Origin: Acidobacteriota bacterium
GTDB taxonomy: Bacteria > Acidobacteriota > CAIWXX01
Direction of reading: 5' to 3'
NCBI GenBank assembly: GCA_040755995.1
Contig: JBFMAF010000028.1
Location: 128,001-192,000 of the forward strand
Length of the DNA stretch: 64,000 nucleotides
Both the position numbers and the translations under genes were made by a program. Below the pieces are notes generated by a model, which was not told the origin of the DNA, searched no databases, and saw only the letters and a list, made by a program, of their open reading frames with translations. Positions 33,940-43,635 of the stretch are shown piece by piece; positions within the stretch are counted from its first letter, which is position 1, and the number at the start of each line of letters is the position of its first letter.

Positions 33940-34646
33940 GCCACCTCCTGCGCTCCCCCGGCCCAATCGACTTCGGGTTCCAAGATGTCCCGCTCTCAAG
34001 GGGGCCGTCTTGACGACAGTCAACTCTCACGGACGCCATTATCCCGTGCTGACCACCATCCTGCAAGGTGTGCCTAACAGTTTTGGGGGCGGTCGGCTGC
34101 CCACCATCGACAACACACGACAAAGCCCGATGCCCGGGCCGAATTCCGTGGCCGTTGGCGTTACCCGACGCCGCGTTGCGCGTGTTCCTTCGCTCGAAGA
34201 GAAGAGGTACCCCCATTTCCGTTAAGCACCATCCTGCGAGCATACACCAGAATCTGGCGGCAAGTCTGGAGCATCGGTGAGTGCGGAGTCGTTGTGCCGG
34301 CCGTCACCCGATGCCCATGATCTCGGCGATGACCCCCCGGGCGACATCCTCCAAGTGAGCGATGCCCTCCGCCACGGCCGCCGTTCCTTTCAGCGTCTTG
34401 CCTACCAGTTCAAGCCGCTGTACGTTGGCGAAGAGAAGCTTGTGGATCGGCACTGCGGTCTTTCGCCAACCCCACGCGACCTCGGTCTGGAGGAACCCCC
34501 CGAAGGCCTGCAATCGGGCTGCCAGCGTCTCGGAGCCCCAAAGGCGCATTCTGGTTGAGTAACCACGTTGAGTTATCTACGGATCGGTTGTTGAGATTAC
34601 CCAACTCTGGTAGTATGGATGCGAACTCAACGATCAAGAGGAGCAT

Positions 34647-36332
34647 ATGGGTACTCGAGCACTGCAGTGTGTGGCCGGTGCAAACGCCGTCGTGGTGTCT
34701 CGTGCCGAGCTGGAAACGGACTCGGTGCAGGCATTCGCCGGCGTGAAAGAACAGGAAGGTCCCGTGGCCTATCTCGTCCGCAACGAGGACCTGCCGTTGT
34801 TGCGTTCGTTCAAGGACCTGGTGGTTGATCGAGGTAGCAAGCACGAAGCCAGACCTCTCTCTAAGCTGCTGCTCCGGTGTTCCAAGATGCCCGTGGTACT
34901 AGGCGGCTTTTCCGCGTCGGGGCAGCTGAAGCGGAGCGTCAGAAGGGTGCTGCATAATGCCACGAAGGCGAACGATCGGAACGTGTACCTGGTGGGGGTG
35001 GAGCGGGCGATCTTCGAAGAGCTGTGGGACGAGGCCAGGCCGGAGGCGGGCGCTGGAGCCACGGCGACTCCACAAGGGGCGGTGAGAAGCCGGGCGGCGG
35101 AGGCCGCCTTGACACCTCAGGCCACAACGTCCGCCCGCACTCTCCTGGAGCTGCTGCCCCGCACAGAGGTCCCCGCAGAACTGGAGAAGCGGTTCGTCGG
35201 CAGGTCGATCGAGGCTCAGGTGGTCCACCGGCTGGTCATGCACGCGGCACGGTCGGGTCATCCCGTGCTCATCATAGGAGATACCGGCACCGGCAAGGAG
35301 GTCGTGGCCCGCTGCATCCACGACTACAGCAACCGCACTGGGTTCACGCCGGTCAACTGCGGCGCTATCCCGAGCGAGCTGCTGGAGACCGTGCTCTTCG
35401 GGAACAAGGGTAGGGTCTTTACGGGAGCGGATCGGGAGCGAAATGGATTATGGAAAGAGGCGGGTAAGGGCACCCTCTTCCTGGACGAGATTGCGGATCT
35501 GCGTTTGGACCATCAGGTCAAGATTCTGCGCGCGATAGAGACCAAGAAGATCAGACCGCTGGGGGCGAGAGATGAGATCGACGTCCCGGCGCGGGTGATC
35601 GTCGCGAGCAACCGCGATCTCTTCTCGCTGGTTCAGTCGGGGTTGTTCCGGGAAGATCTTTACTATCGCCTCCGTACCTTCATGATCCGCACGCCGTCGC
35701 TGCGAGATTGTGCCGAGGACATTCCACTGATTGCTGATTTCCTGTGGAAGCGGGTGACGGGTGACGAACGGGCAGCCCTCCCCGAACCGATCTTGGCGGA
35801 GCTGGGGTCGCATGGTTGGCCGGGGAACGTGCGAGAGCTCAAGGCGATTCTCGCGAATCTCAACTCATTGTTCGGAAAGGACCGTCTTCGGGTCGACCAC
35901 CTTCGAGCGACAATCGGGCTGCAGGGCAGCCGGCCGGCACGTGGCGCCGGTGAGGACGAGATCGGCCTCCACCGCGTCCAGTGCCTCCGTCACCTGAAGC
36001 GGGTTGACGAGGTGGTACGCGCGAGCAAGGTAGCGCTGAGGCCGCTGGTGGAGCCGAAGCGGCAGGATCCCGAGAGCATCGCCTCGGTTCGAGTCGCCTT
36101 GCGTCACCGCCTGGACGAACTCGAGGTCCTATGCATGCACCCGCTCCTGTTCAGCAGCGAGGTCGCGTTTTCGATCGTGCATCGTCTCAAAGGCAAGCTG
36201 GCTTACTACGACAGCCTCCTCGAGACTGGCGCCACGAATGCCCTGCGCTACTGGAGGCGGGAGGCGGCCGAGGAGTACAAGCTGGCCGTCTCGACGCTCT
36301 TCCAGGAAGTCAATCGCCTGACCAAGATGTGA
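34647..36332 (+). CDS. sigma54-activator-type AAA+ protein with unknown N- and C-terminal domains
   Basis: GDTGTGKE, NCGAIP, LFG..RVFTGA, LFLDEI, FREDLYYRL, WPGNVREL; no Fis HTH seen. Confidence 0.85.
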   Translation: MGTRALQCVAGANAVVVSRAELETDSVQAFAGVKEQEGPVAYLVRNEDLPLLRSFKDLVVDRGSKHEARPLSKLLLRCSKMPVVLGGFSASGQLKRSVRRVLHNATKANDRNVYLVGVERAIFEELWDEARPEAGAGATATPQGAVRSRAAEAALTPQATTSARTLLELLPRTEVPAELEKRFVGRSIEAQVVHRLVMHAARSGHPVLIIGDTGTGKEVVARCIHDYSNRTGFTPVNCGAIPSELLETVLFGNKGRVFTGADRERNGLWKEAGKGTLFLDEIADLRLDHQVKILRAIETKKIRPLGARDEIDVPARVIVASNRDLFSLVQSGLFREDLYYRLRTFMIRTPSLRDCAEDIPLIADFLWKRVTGDERAALPEPILAELGSHGWPGNVRELKAILANLNSLFGKDRLRVDHLRATIGLQGSRPARGAGEDEIGLHRVQCLRHLKRVDEVVRASKVALRPLVEPKRQDPESIASVRVALRHRLDELEVLCMHPLLFSSEVAFSIVHRLKGKLAYYDSLLETGATNALRYWRREAAEEYKLAVSTLFQEVNRLTKM

Positions 36333-36419
36333 GCGGGTGTACTGGAAGCGGTATGGTCGCAGATGACCCCGCTGCGAAAGTCCAAGCCCCGTCACGTCGC
36401 TCCGCGACTCTTTGACGTC

Positions 36420-36761
36420 TCACGATATCGTCGAGTTCTTTCGCAAGGTAGGTACGAACACCACAGAGTCCCGCGTGCCTTCAGGTACGCTTCGGCGACG
36501 TCGATCTCTTGCTGCCGCGTCTCGATCTCGCCGGCATTCTGTTTCTCGGAGAGCATTCGGGACGGGATTCCCGTGTCTCGCAATCAACGTGCGCTCCCTG
36601 TCGGAGAGGCGTTCGAGGTGGTCGATATCGAACAAGCCGAGGTCCCCGCAGTGAAACACGGCCACGAGTGAAGGATGCCGTTCCAACTCCAGTGAGACGA
36701 TCCGCTCCAGCGCGTCGAACTGGCAATGCGTGTCCGCCACGGCAATGATCTGCTGCGCCAT
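36420..36761 (-). pseudogene. Truncated calcineurin-like metallophosphoesterase
   Basis: Motif I AVADTH and motif II HCGDLG present; sequence degrades after about aa 67, later motifs missing. Confidence 0.65.
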
Positions 36762-36940
36762 CCTTTTACTCTTCCTCGTGTGAAGACCCTGGCTTACTCC
36801 AGCTCCCAGGTCCGCTATTCGAGGTTGGTCACGACGCGAGTCTATGTACCGGCGGCAGGCCGGTCAACTCTCTTGTGCCCTGGCGTGCGGGAGCGGTGGC
36901 GCCCCGGCCGCGCCGGCGGGGCGCCACCCACTCCGTCCTC

Positions 36941-37212
36941 CTACTTCACGACGAACCGTGTCGTGTTGGACTTCGCTCCGTTCACCACCGCGTACACGCT
37001 GACCGTCCCTTTCTTCAGCTTCTTCGAAATGGTCACCTTAAGCTGGCTGGGGGAGGCCGACTTGATCGTGCCCTTTCGATGGATCGTGCCTGCGGATCTT
37101 GGCCGCAAGCTCGTCTTTGGTCAGCTCAGCCGGCGCAGCCGCCGACCCACGAAGCAACCGATGAGCACAAGAACAATGCCACGAGAACCGGAGGCCATGT
37201 TGACTTGATCAT
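36941..37212 (-). pseudogene. Collapsed remnant of a secreted protein (signal peptide joined to IPT/TIG-like C-terminus)
   Basis: RBS AAAGGAG + MIKSTWPPVLVALFLCSS..; frameshifts; ends KGTIKSASPSQLKVTISKKLKKGTVSVYAVVNGAKSNTTRFVVK*, resembling the C-terminus of 1172-2815. Confidence 0.6.
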
Positions 37213-37242
37213 TTCGTCACTCCTTTCACTGCAGTCCCTCGT

Positions 37243-37258
37243 TGCAACCCGCGTGCCA
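37243..37258 (-). promoter_or_regulatory. sigma54 -24/-12 promoter
   Basis: TGGCACGCGGGTTGCA on minus strand matches TGGCAC-N5-TTGCA consensus, 30 bp upstream of ATG 37212. Confidence 0.75.
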
Positions 37259-37783
37259 GGCCGGCTTGATTGCGTGAACTTGCTGAGCCGATTGATTTCG
37301 GCCTTCCGCGATGGAGTGGTCGGGTCGAGGCAGGATTAACTCAACCTCACTGGAACGCGAGATGAATCAGAACTCAACTACTCAACTGCGAGCGCAGCGA
37401 GCCCGGCGCCGGCACTCGTCCTGGCAGAGACCACGTGGAGACCGCCTGCCTGTTTCTCGATCTCGCCTGCATGTCGTCGCGGTGGAGTACGGGCCAGTCG
37501 CCTGGAACATGGACGGGCGTGAGATAGGCATGGCTCCCGGCGTATCCGAGCTCCGTTCGGAGCTGATTTCGGTGGGGCATCTAGCTCTGTTGCCGGCCGG
37601 GCGCTACTTGTCAGAAGGGAACGCGGCCAGCGCACGCTGGTAGTCCTCGATGAGCTCGTGGACTCCACCGTAGAGCTTCTTCCCCCTCCCGCCCTCGGCG
37701 ACTGTCACCCACGGCCACCACGCAGCGTGTGCGGTATCCTGAGTGGCAATCTCGGTCGACTGGGAGCTGACACTGTCCAGCCG

Positions 37784-38386
37784 TCACTGCTCTAGGTATG
37801 CCCGCAGGGCGTCAACGAGCTCGCGCCTCCGAGCGCCCATTACGATGAACTCTATCCGATCGCCCTTCTGGAATGCCAGCTTGCCCGGGAAGATGAGGGA
37901 CTTGACGCTCAGATACTCCTTGCCGTTCATGACGAAATTGCAGGAATCCATGCGAGGGAAGTGCAAGTACACCTCGCAATCGTAGATCCTGGCGACATCA
38001 CCGAGTCTTGATGTAGGCTCGATCTGGTGCCCTTCCTCCTTCTCGATAGCCTGAGTCACAACAAGGAACTCGTTGGCTTCGAGACTCTCCTTTTCTCTTC
38101 TCCAGATCTCGGCGAAGCGCCGAATCCACTCTGCAGCGGCCCGTTCCTTTCCAATATCGCGGCCTTCTTCCTGAGAGCGATACCACTGGTGCTTCTCTAT
38201 TTCACCCAGTTGCTCCGTGTTCTCCTGCTGCAGCTTTGAGCCGGCCCACAGGGCCCGGTATCGCGCCGTGAAATCCTCGATGGCCTCTTCGATGGAAACC
38301 TCCTTTCCCGATTTCTCCGAGAGATACCACTTGTGCTCCTCAATGGCTCGGAGCTCCGACGCGTCCAGTTCGGCTTTCTCGACCAT
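37784..38386 (-). CDS. Tandem DUF4032-like repeats fused to an HPr-like domain
   Basis: Two repeats (I..H.WY.S...G..); C-terminal EEGHQIEPTSRL...A..Y.C.V...SVKSLI...L.FQKGDRIEF...G. Confidence 0.7.
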   Translation of the reverse strand: MVEKAELDASELRAIEEHKWYLSEKSGKEVSIEEAIEDFTARYRALWAGSKLQQENTEQLGEIEKHQWYRSQEEGRDIGKERAAAEWIRRFAEIWRREKESLEANEFLVVTQAIEKEEGHQIEPTSRLGDVARIYDCEVYLHFPRMDSCNFVMNGKEYLSVKSLIFPGKLAFQKGDRIEFIVMGARRRELVDALRAYLEQ

Positions 38387-38680
38387 GGCTGCCCCCTTCG
38401 CCTTCTCCCCTCTGGAACACGTCTGCAGAAACCATGCCAGGTAACTCAACCGCTCACCCTTGTCGCCAGATGGAGCTGTAGAATCCTCGAAGAATCATGG
38501 TAGCATCAAACAAGGTGTGATGTTCGTCCCGAGGATTGCTGAGGGAGAAGACCTTGTGGATCACGACACGCAGGCCAGTGACTCACCTCCACGTCGGAGG
38601 GTCGAAGGCCATGGTGATCGGCACCTTCAGAGTCTCCGGTGACTCTCATTGTTCATGACCACCGAATGAGGAGGACTCCG

Positions 38681-39478
38681 ATGACGGGAGAGGTGATGCC
38701 GAGGTTTCACCAAGAAACGACAACGCCTTCGCGCAAGCTGGGCCAGATCCCACGCGGCCTGTTGCTCTGCGTTGCCTGTCTACCTTGGATTCGGACAGTG
38801 CATTCGGCGCCTGTTTCGACAACGGCCAACCGTGATGGCGTCCTCATCACGACTGGCGGAATGAAGGAATGCCCGACCATGACCGTGTATCCTGAGACTC
38901 TCCCCGACGGCACGGTCGGCGAGCCCTATGCCGCCACGATCTGGGCCGATGGCGGCACACCGCCGTATGTGTTTACGTTGGCTCCTCAGGGATCACTTCC
39001 TTACGGTCTTTGGCTCAGTCCCAGCGGCCTTCTATCCGGCACGCCGACGTTCAATGCCGGGTATTCCTTCCGCGTCTTGGCGACCGATTCCGTGGGTTGT
39101 TACAACTCGAGGGACTATCACGTTAGTATCTCCGAGCCCCAGCTGCCCGATCTCCTCGGAGATATCCTCAACGTGAAAGTTCGGGGAAGTAGCCTGGATA
39201 TTTCGTTCTGGTGCTACAACGAGGGTCCGCTTGGCGCAGGTCCCTTCAGGGTCAAGCTCTTCCTATCGAGGAGCAAGCGCTTTGGAAGGGGCTCCCAGAT
39301 GGCCTCTCTTGTCAAGATTCCCGGATTGCCGAGCAAGTCCGTGACCCGTGTAATGAGGGTCAAGTTCGAGGCAAGCAGGAGGCTAAAGAATCTGGTCCTC
39401 CAGGTGGATTCTGAGAAGGTGATAGCCGAGATCGACGAGACGAATAACCTGGATTGGAAGGAGATCCCCTGGCGGTAG
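38681..39478 (+). CDS. Secreted protein with putative Ig (He_PIG-like) and CARDB-like domains
   Basis: LPDGTVGEPY...GGTPPY...LP.GL.LS.SG.LSGTP; C-terminal PDL...N.G...VDS...IAE.DETNN. Confidence 0.8.
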   Translation: MTGEVMPRFHQETTTPSRKLGQIPRGLLLCVACLPWIRTVHSAPVSTTANRDGVLITTGGMKECPTMTVYPETLPDGTVGEPYAATIWADGGTPPYVFTLAPQGSLPYGLWLSPSGLLSGTPTFNAGYSFRVLATDSVGCYNSRDYHVSISEPQLPDLLGDILNVKVRGSSLDISFWCYNEGPLGAGPFRVKLFLSRSKRFGRGSQMASLVKIPGLPSKSVTRVMRVKFEASRRLKNLVLQVDSEKVIAEIDETNNLDWKEIPWR

Positions 39479-39616
39479 TTGAGCTATTGGCAGTCTGAGC
39501 TGGCACATGCCGGAGCCCGGATCCGTGTCTTAGTGTACAGGTGTATTGCACGTATTGCGTGCGGGGAGTCCGGATTCCACTTGATCATGCGTCCCGCGCA
39601 TGTGGCCCAGGCGCAG

Positions 39617-39820
39617 TCATAGCCAGCCCCTCCCCTCGCAACGCGGACAGGGCATCTCCTGCCGTGACCCTTCGTACCAGATTCCTGTTCCGGCGCAACT
39701 GAAACACCTGCCGTACTCATCTGTCCCATCCTTCTCACAAGCCCGCCTCCAGCCGCCCGGAAACAGCCTGCACGTTCTCAGCCATTCCCAGACCCTTGAA
39801 GACCACCCACTTTTCTTCAT
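39617..39820 (-). CDS. Small DnaJ-type zinc-finger protein
   Basis: CFSCAGTG...CPRCEGRG (two CxxCxGxG); starts 6 nt after the stop of the upstream RyR-ATPase gene. Confidence 0.55.
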   Translation of the reverse strand: MKKSGWSSRVWEWLRTCRLFPGGWRRACEKDGTDEYGRCFSCAGTGIWYEGSRQEMPCPRCEGRGWL

Positions 39821-39826
39821 CGATGC

Positions 39827-42478
39827 CTACCTCTTCACCCGTTCCACCGCATACCCTGTGCGCGCCAGGATGCGCGGGATACCGCGGATCATGTCGCGAT
39901 CGATTTGTTTGATAGCGTCCGAGAGCTGATCCCATTCCACGAGATACTCGTTCCGCTTCGGGTCATCCGGCGTTGGTTTGCCGAGCTTGAATCCGGCGGC
40001 CAGCTTTGCATCCATCCACAGCTGATGCTCGATCTGTGCCAGCTTCTCCAGGTCGTCCCCCGGGAACTCAAGCGGGGGTTGGTTGCTCCGCGAGGGAAGC
40101 ATCGCGTAGCCGGCCATGCTCAGCTTCAAAGGGATCGCGCGCACCGTCACTCGGTTCGATTCCTTCGCCAATTCGGGAAGCTGGTCATACGGTATCAGCA
40201 GCGGGTGGGTCTTCGCCTGCTCGCTCTTCGTTTCTCCGTAGCGCCACCCGTCTCGTACTTTCCCATCGCAGAAGACGTCGTGTGCGGCGGCAGCCAGACG
40301 CTCCAGGAGCTCCTCGGTCAGCACGATCTGCTGCACCAGCGAGAGAAACTCCAGCCCGTTGACGTGCAGGTTGAGCTGGTCCTCGGGAGGCAGGCACGAG
40401 CGTTCGTAGCACGCCTTGCCGCTGAGCTGGCTCATCATGACGATCGACTCCATCGATCGTGCGCCGTGGCGGTACCGGCTCACTTGGAGATACGCACGCA
40501 GAACACCGGCGTCGATGCGGAGCAGTTCCAGCCCGCTTTTCTTCTCGACGAGCTGAGGCGACTGGCGCGAGAGCATCGATCGGAGCAGGATCGCTCTCCG
40601 GATGATGTGGTGCGGATCCGAACTGGCGTCCCCGCCGACTGGATTCGGGCCCATCACGGTCACGTGCCCTTTGAGCCGGCTCACGAAGTCCGGTCCTTTA
40701 GCTGCCCGGAACTGCTCCTCGGTCAACCCGTGGCCGAAGCTCTCCATGCGCTCGCAGGTGCCGCCCGCGAAGACGAATATCGCGGGCCCTATCGGGTGCA
40801 CCACCTGCCCTTCCTGGAAGACGCCGTCCTGCATGGGGGCGAGGAAATGGCGCAGCCAGCCCAGAGGCTGCCCCTGCAGCGCCGTGTCGAACTCGTCCCA
40901 AAACACCAGCGGCATGCTGCCTGAGAGCCCCGCGTCCCGCACCTGATGCAGCGCCTGATGGAGCTCGTCCACATCTTCGATCTGCGACAGGTTGAACTCC
41001 AGCCTCTTGATAACACCGGGGAGCAATGACCGCGCCACCTCACCAATTCCGAACGACTTCCCGGAACCGGGCGATCCGAACACGGCGATCGAGATCGGGC
41101 GCTTCTGGCGGCTCTGGCTGCAGTACTCGCCCACCAGCGCACGGATGCTTCTGAAGCTCTCGATCTCGTGGCGGTCGACCGTAAGCAGATTGCCGAAGCG
41201 CCCGTGCGGTACGTCTAGAAGCGCTCTCTCGACACCCTCTAACACAACGCGTTGTGCCACCTGGTCTAGCGAATCGGGGTGACGGTCCTCGAGGATCGTC
41301 CAGAAGCTCGTGTCGCTGGTGTGAGGCGCCGTCGGCTGCCGCTGCGTGATGAAGCGCACGGGGTCCTGGACTTCGACCACCGCGTAATTGGGCGCGTCCG
41401 CGCCGATCTCTCTGGCGATCTGCTCGATCGGGAACTCCAACTGCGTCCCTTCGTGTCCCTCGGCACGGCTCACGTAGCCATCGAGATGGAGCCTGGTGAC
41501 GGCGGCCAGACCGGCCTGGATGCCCCGCTGTATCTGCCGATTCGCCGGATCGATCATCAGTTCTCGAGCGATGGCGGCGGTCAGACACGTGTCGTAGCCG
41601 ACCATGCCGCCAAAATGGTCGTGCGCCCACATTCCCTCTATGACCTCGGGGTCGAAGAACAGGAAGTACTTTGCGGCCGGGGCGCCAACTTCTGCAGCGG
41701 TTCGCGACAGAAGGAAAGCTCCCGCCCCGTCGAACGAAACGACGACGTGAGCGCACGAGGAGAGCGCATTGACCCTGGGGTTGTGCATTATCTCCCAGGC
41801 CAGGTCCTGCGCCGTCCGCTCCCACGAGAGCTCGCGGCTGATCTGTACTTCCGTGCGCCTCAGGTCATCGACGTGCATGATCGCGATGAGTCGCCCCTGG
41901 AACGTATTGCGGAGGTGTTCCCACAGCGCGCCCGCCGCGATAGGGCGTGACATCCTGAGGACCGCCCAGCAGCGCGGCGAGGGCCGCTTCACCGCCTCGG
42001 GCCAGACGTCCGGTCGGCCTCGGAATCCCAGGTCGGCGTCGTCGATGACGATCAGGTCGACGGTCTCGGGGTCGGCCTCGCAACGCGAGAGCGCCGCGCC
42101 GTCACTGCCCGGATCGGATCCGATGAACTCGGCGACCCGCCAGGCGGATCGGCGTGGGCCCGATTTCGAGCTGTGGTCGTAGGGCGACCAAATGGCGAAG
42201 GTCTGATGGTAGCGGCGGTCGTCGGGTGAGATGCTCCCCCGAGGCTCCTCGATTCTCTTGACGAGCCAGGTCCCCTTCGCCTCCTCCGGCAGTTGTCCGC
42301 CGATCGCCTCGATGAGATCGCCCAGGCGCGCGGCCCCGCCTCGCTGCCAGGAGGCGCGGGCAAGAGAACTCGACTGAGTTCTGGCCGCGTGGGGATCGGG
42401 GGTTCGCGCGATGCTCCAGTCGACCGTGATATGGCCGGTGACCAGTGCGACTTTCTTGGAACTGCCGGTGCCTGTCAT
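39827..42478 (-). CDS. PfkB-like N-terminal domain + AAA+ ATPase + two RyR repeats
   Basis: LVTGHITVDW...GGAA; Walker A GSPGSGKS; Walker B VFWDEFD; HGARSMESI; RyR repeats LA...H..F...GWRYG...KTHPLLIPYDQL...K..NR and LA..EH..W...LVEWDQL...K..DR. Confidence 0.85.
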   Translation of the reverse strand: MTGTGSSKKVALVTGHITVDWSIARTPDPHAARTQSSSLARASWQRGGAARLGDLIEAIGGQLPEEAKGTWLVKRIEEPRGSISPDDRRYHQTFAIWSPYDHSSKSGPRRSAWRVAEFIGSDPGSDGAALSRCEADPETVDLIVIDDADLGFRGRPDVWPEAVKRPSPRCWAVLRMSRPIAAGALWEHLRNTFQGRLIAIMHVDDLRRTEVQISRELSWERTAQDLAWEIMHNPRVNALSSCAHVVVSFDGAGAFLLSRTAAEVGAPAAKYFLFFDPEVIEGMWAHDHFGGMVGYDTCLTAAIARELMIDPANRQIQRGIQAGLAAVTRLHLDGYVSRAEGHEGTQLEFPIEQIAREIGADAPNYAVVEVQDPVRFITQRQPTAPHTSDTSFWTILEDRHPDSLDQVAQRVVLEGVERALLDVPHGRFGNLLTVDRHEIESFRSIRALVGEYCSQSRQKRPISIAVFGSPGSGKSFGIGEVARSLLPGVIKRLEFNLSQIEDVDELHQALHQVRDAGLSGSMPLVFWDEFDTALQGQPLGWLRHFLAPMQDGVFQEGQVVHPIGPAIFVFAGGTCERMESFGHGLTEEQFRAAKGPDFVSRLKGHVTVMGPNPVGGDASSDPHHIIRRAILLRSMLSRQSPQLVEKKSGLELLRIDAGVLRAYLQVSRYRHGARSMESIVMMSQLSGKACYERSCLPPEDQLNLHVNGLEFLSLVQQIVLTEELLERLAAAAHDVFCDGKVRDGWRYGETKSEQAKTHPLLIPYDQLPELAKESNRVTVRAIPLKLSMAGYAMLPSRSNQPPLEFPGDDLEKLAQIEHQLWMDAKLAAGFKLGKPTPDDPKRNEYLVEWDQLSDAIKQIDRDMIRGIPRILARTGYAVERVKR

Positions 42479-42687
42479 GGTTTGACTCCGTCGAGTTGGG
42501 TCTCTGTTACGAAGAGGCTGTGTCCGATGCCGATGTCCAAACTCCAGAATCACATTCTACTATGTTTCACATGACTAGCTGCCGACTCTGCTAGGGGCAG
42601 TAGACACGGCGCCGGGGAATCGAGTATGAACATGCCATCGAGTTGCTCGGCCGAGCGCCTCCAGCACTCGGAGAACGGGAGGGATAC

Positions 42688-43635
42688 ATGGACGCGTTTC
42701 AATCAGAACATGACATCCTGCGCTATTCGCGGCAGGTCGTGCTGAAGGCGATGGACAATGTGCGGGCGAGGATGCGCGGCTCCGATCGGCTGACACTCAG
42801 CGGCACCGTCGAGAGCCCGCAGGTCGCGAAGGCAGAGCTGAACCTGACGAAGGGCATCGATGCCGCGACAGAGGAGCTGATCGTCGGGACCCTGCAGAAG
42901 AAGCTCGCCAGGATACCCGCGATCAAGACGTTCTCGGTCTTCTCGGAGGAATGCGGGATTTTGAGGTTTCCTCGCGGGGCGAAGGAGGCCGACGCGGACC
43001 TGGTGGTCTTTGTCGATCCGATCGACGGCACCGAGTTCATCGAATCACTTCAGGGCGGCTGGTGCCTCGTCGCGGTGTATGACCGCAGGGCCAATGAGAC
43101 CATAGTGGCCGTGGCCGGCGACATCTTCCTTGACCGCCTCTACTGGGCATCCAAGAGCAGCTACGCCGAGGCGATCGACTTCGCGACACACTCATGGTTC
43201 AAGCTTGACGGCGGGCCGAATCCGAAGACGGAACTTGCCGGAGCGCGAGTGAACTTCCTGACGACGAAGGTTGGCCGTTACACATCGGTGGCGAAACAGA
43301 AGCGTTTACTCGACGCCATCAAGCGAAAGGACGGCAGGATCAACCTCTCATGGGGCTCGAACATGATCGTGCAGGTTGCCGCGGGATACGCGGATGCCGC
43401 CGTCGAGTTCACCAAGGGATTCGCGACCTACGACCTCATCCCCGGGCTCTTCATCGGCCTCCGCGCGGGGCTCACGATTCTTGACCTGAAGGGAAACCGA
43501 ATCGGGACGACGCTGGATATCGACGAGATCTTCGCGACCTGGCGGAGAGACCCGAAGCGCCCGAAGCGGATGTCGTTCATCGCGGCCAAGCACGAGAAGC
43601 TGGCGAGGGAGATCCTGGAGCTCCTGGAGTTATAG
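42688..43635 (+). CDS. Inositol monophosphatase/FIG-superfamily metal-dependent phosphatase
   Basis: D...E..I, SEE, DPIDGT, YDL..G metal-binding motifs. Confidence 0.85.
   Translation: MDAFQSEHDILRYSRQVVLKAMDNVRARMRGSDRLTLSGTVESPQVAKAELNLTKGIDAATEELIVGTLQKKLARIPAIKTFSVFSEECGILRFPRGAKEADADLVVFVDPIDGTEFIESLQGGWCLVAVYDRRANETIVAVAGDIFLDRLYWASKSSYAEAIDFATHSWFKLDGGPNPKTELAGARVNFLTTKVGRYTSVAKQKRLLDAIKRKDGRINLSWGSNMIVQVAAGYADAAVEFTKGFATYDLIPGLFIGLRAGLTILDLKGNRIGTTLDIDEIFATWRRDPKRPKRMSFIAAKHEKLAREILELLEL

Noticed and set aside
34062..34075. sigma54-like GGCACACCTTGCA upstream of the NLR gene
   Set aside because: GG-to-GC spacing is 8 nt rather than the required 10
34304..34549. 81-aa minus-strand ORF between the NLR and AAA+ genes
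   Set aside because: The 3' half looks coding-like, but I cannot assign a family or start; left uncalled
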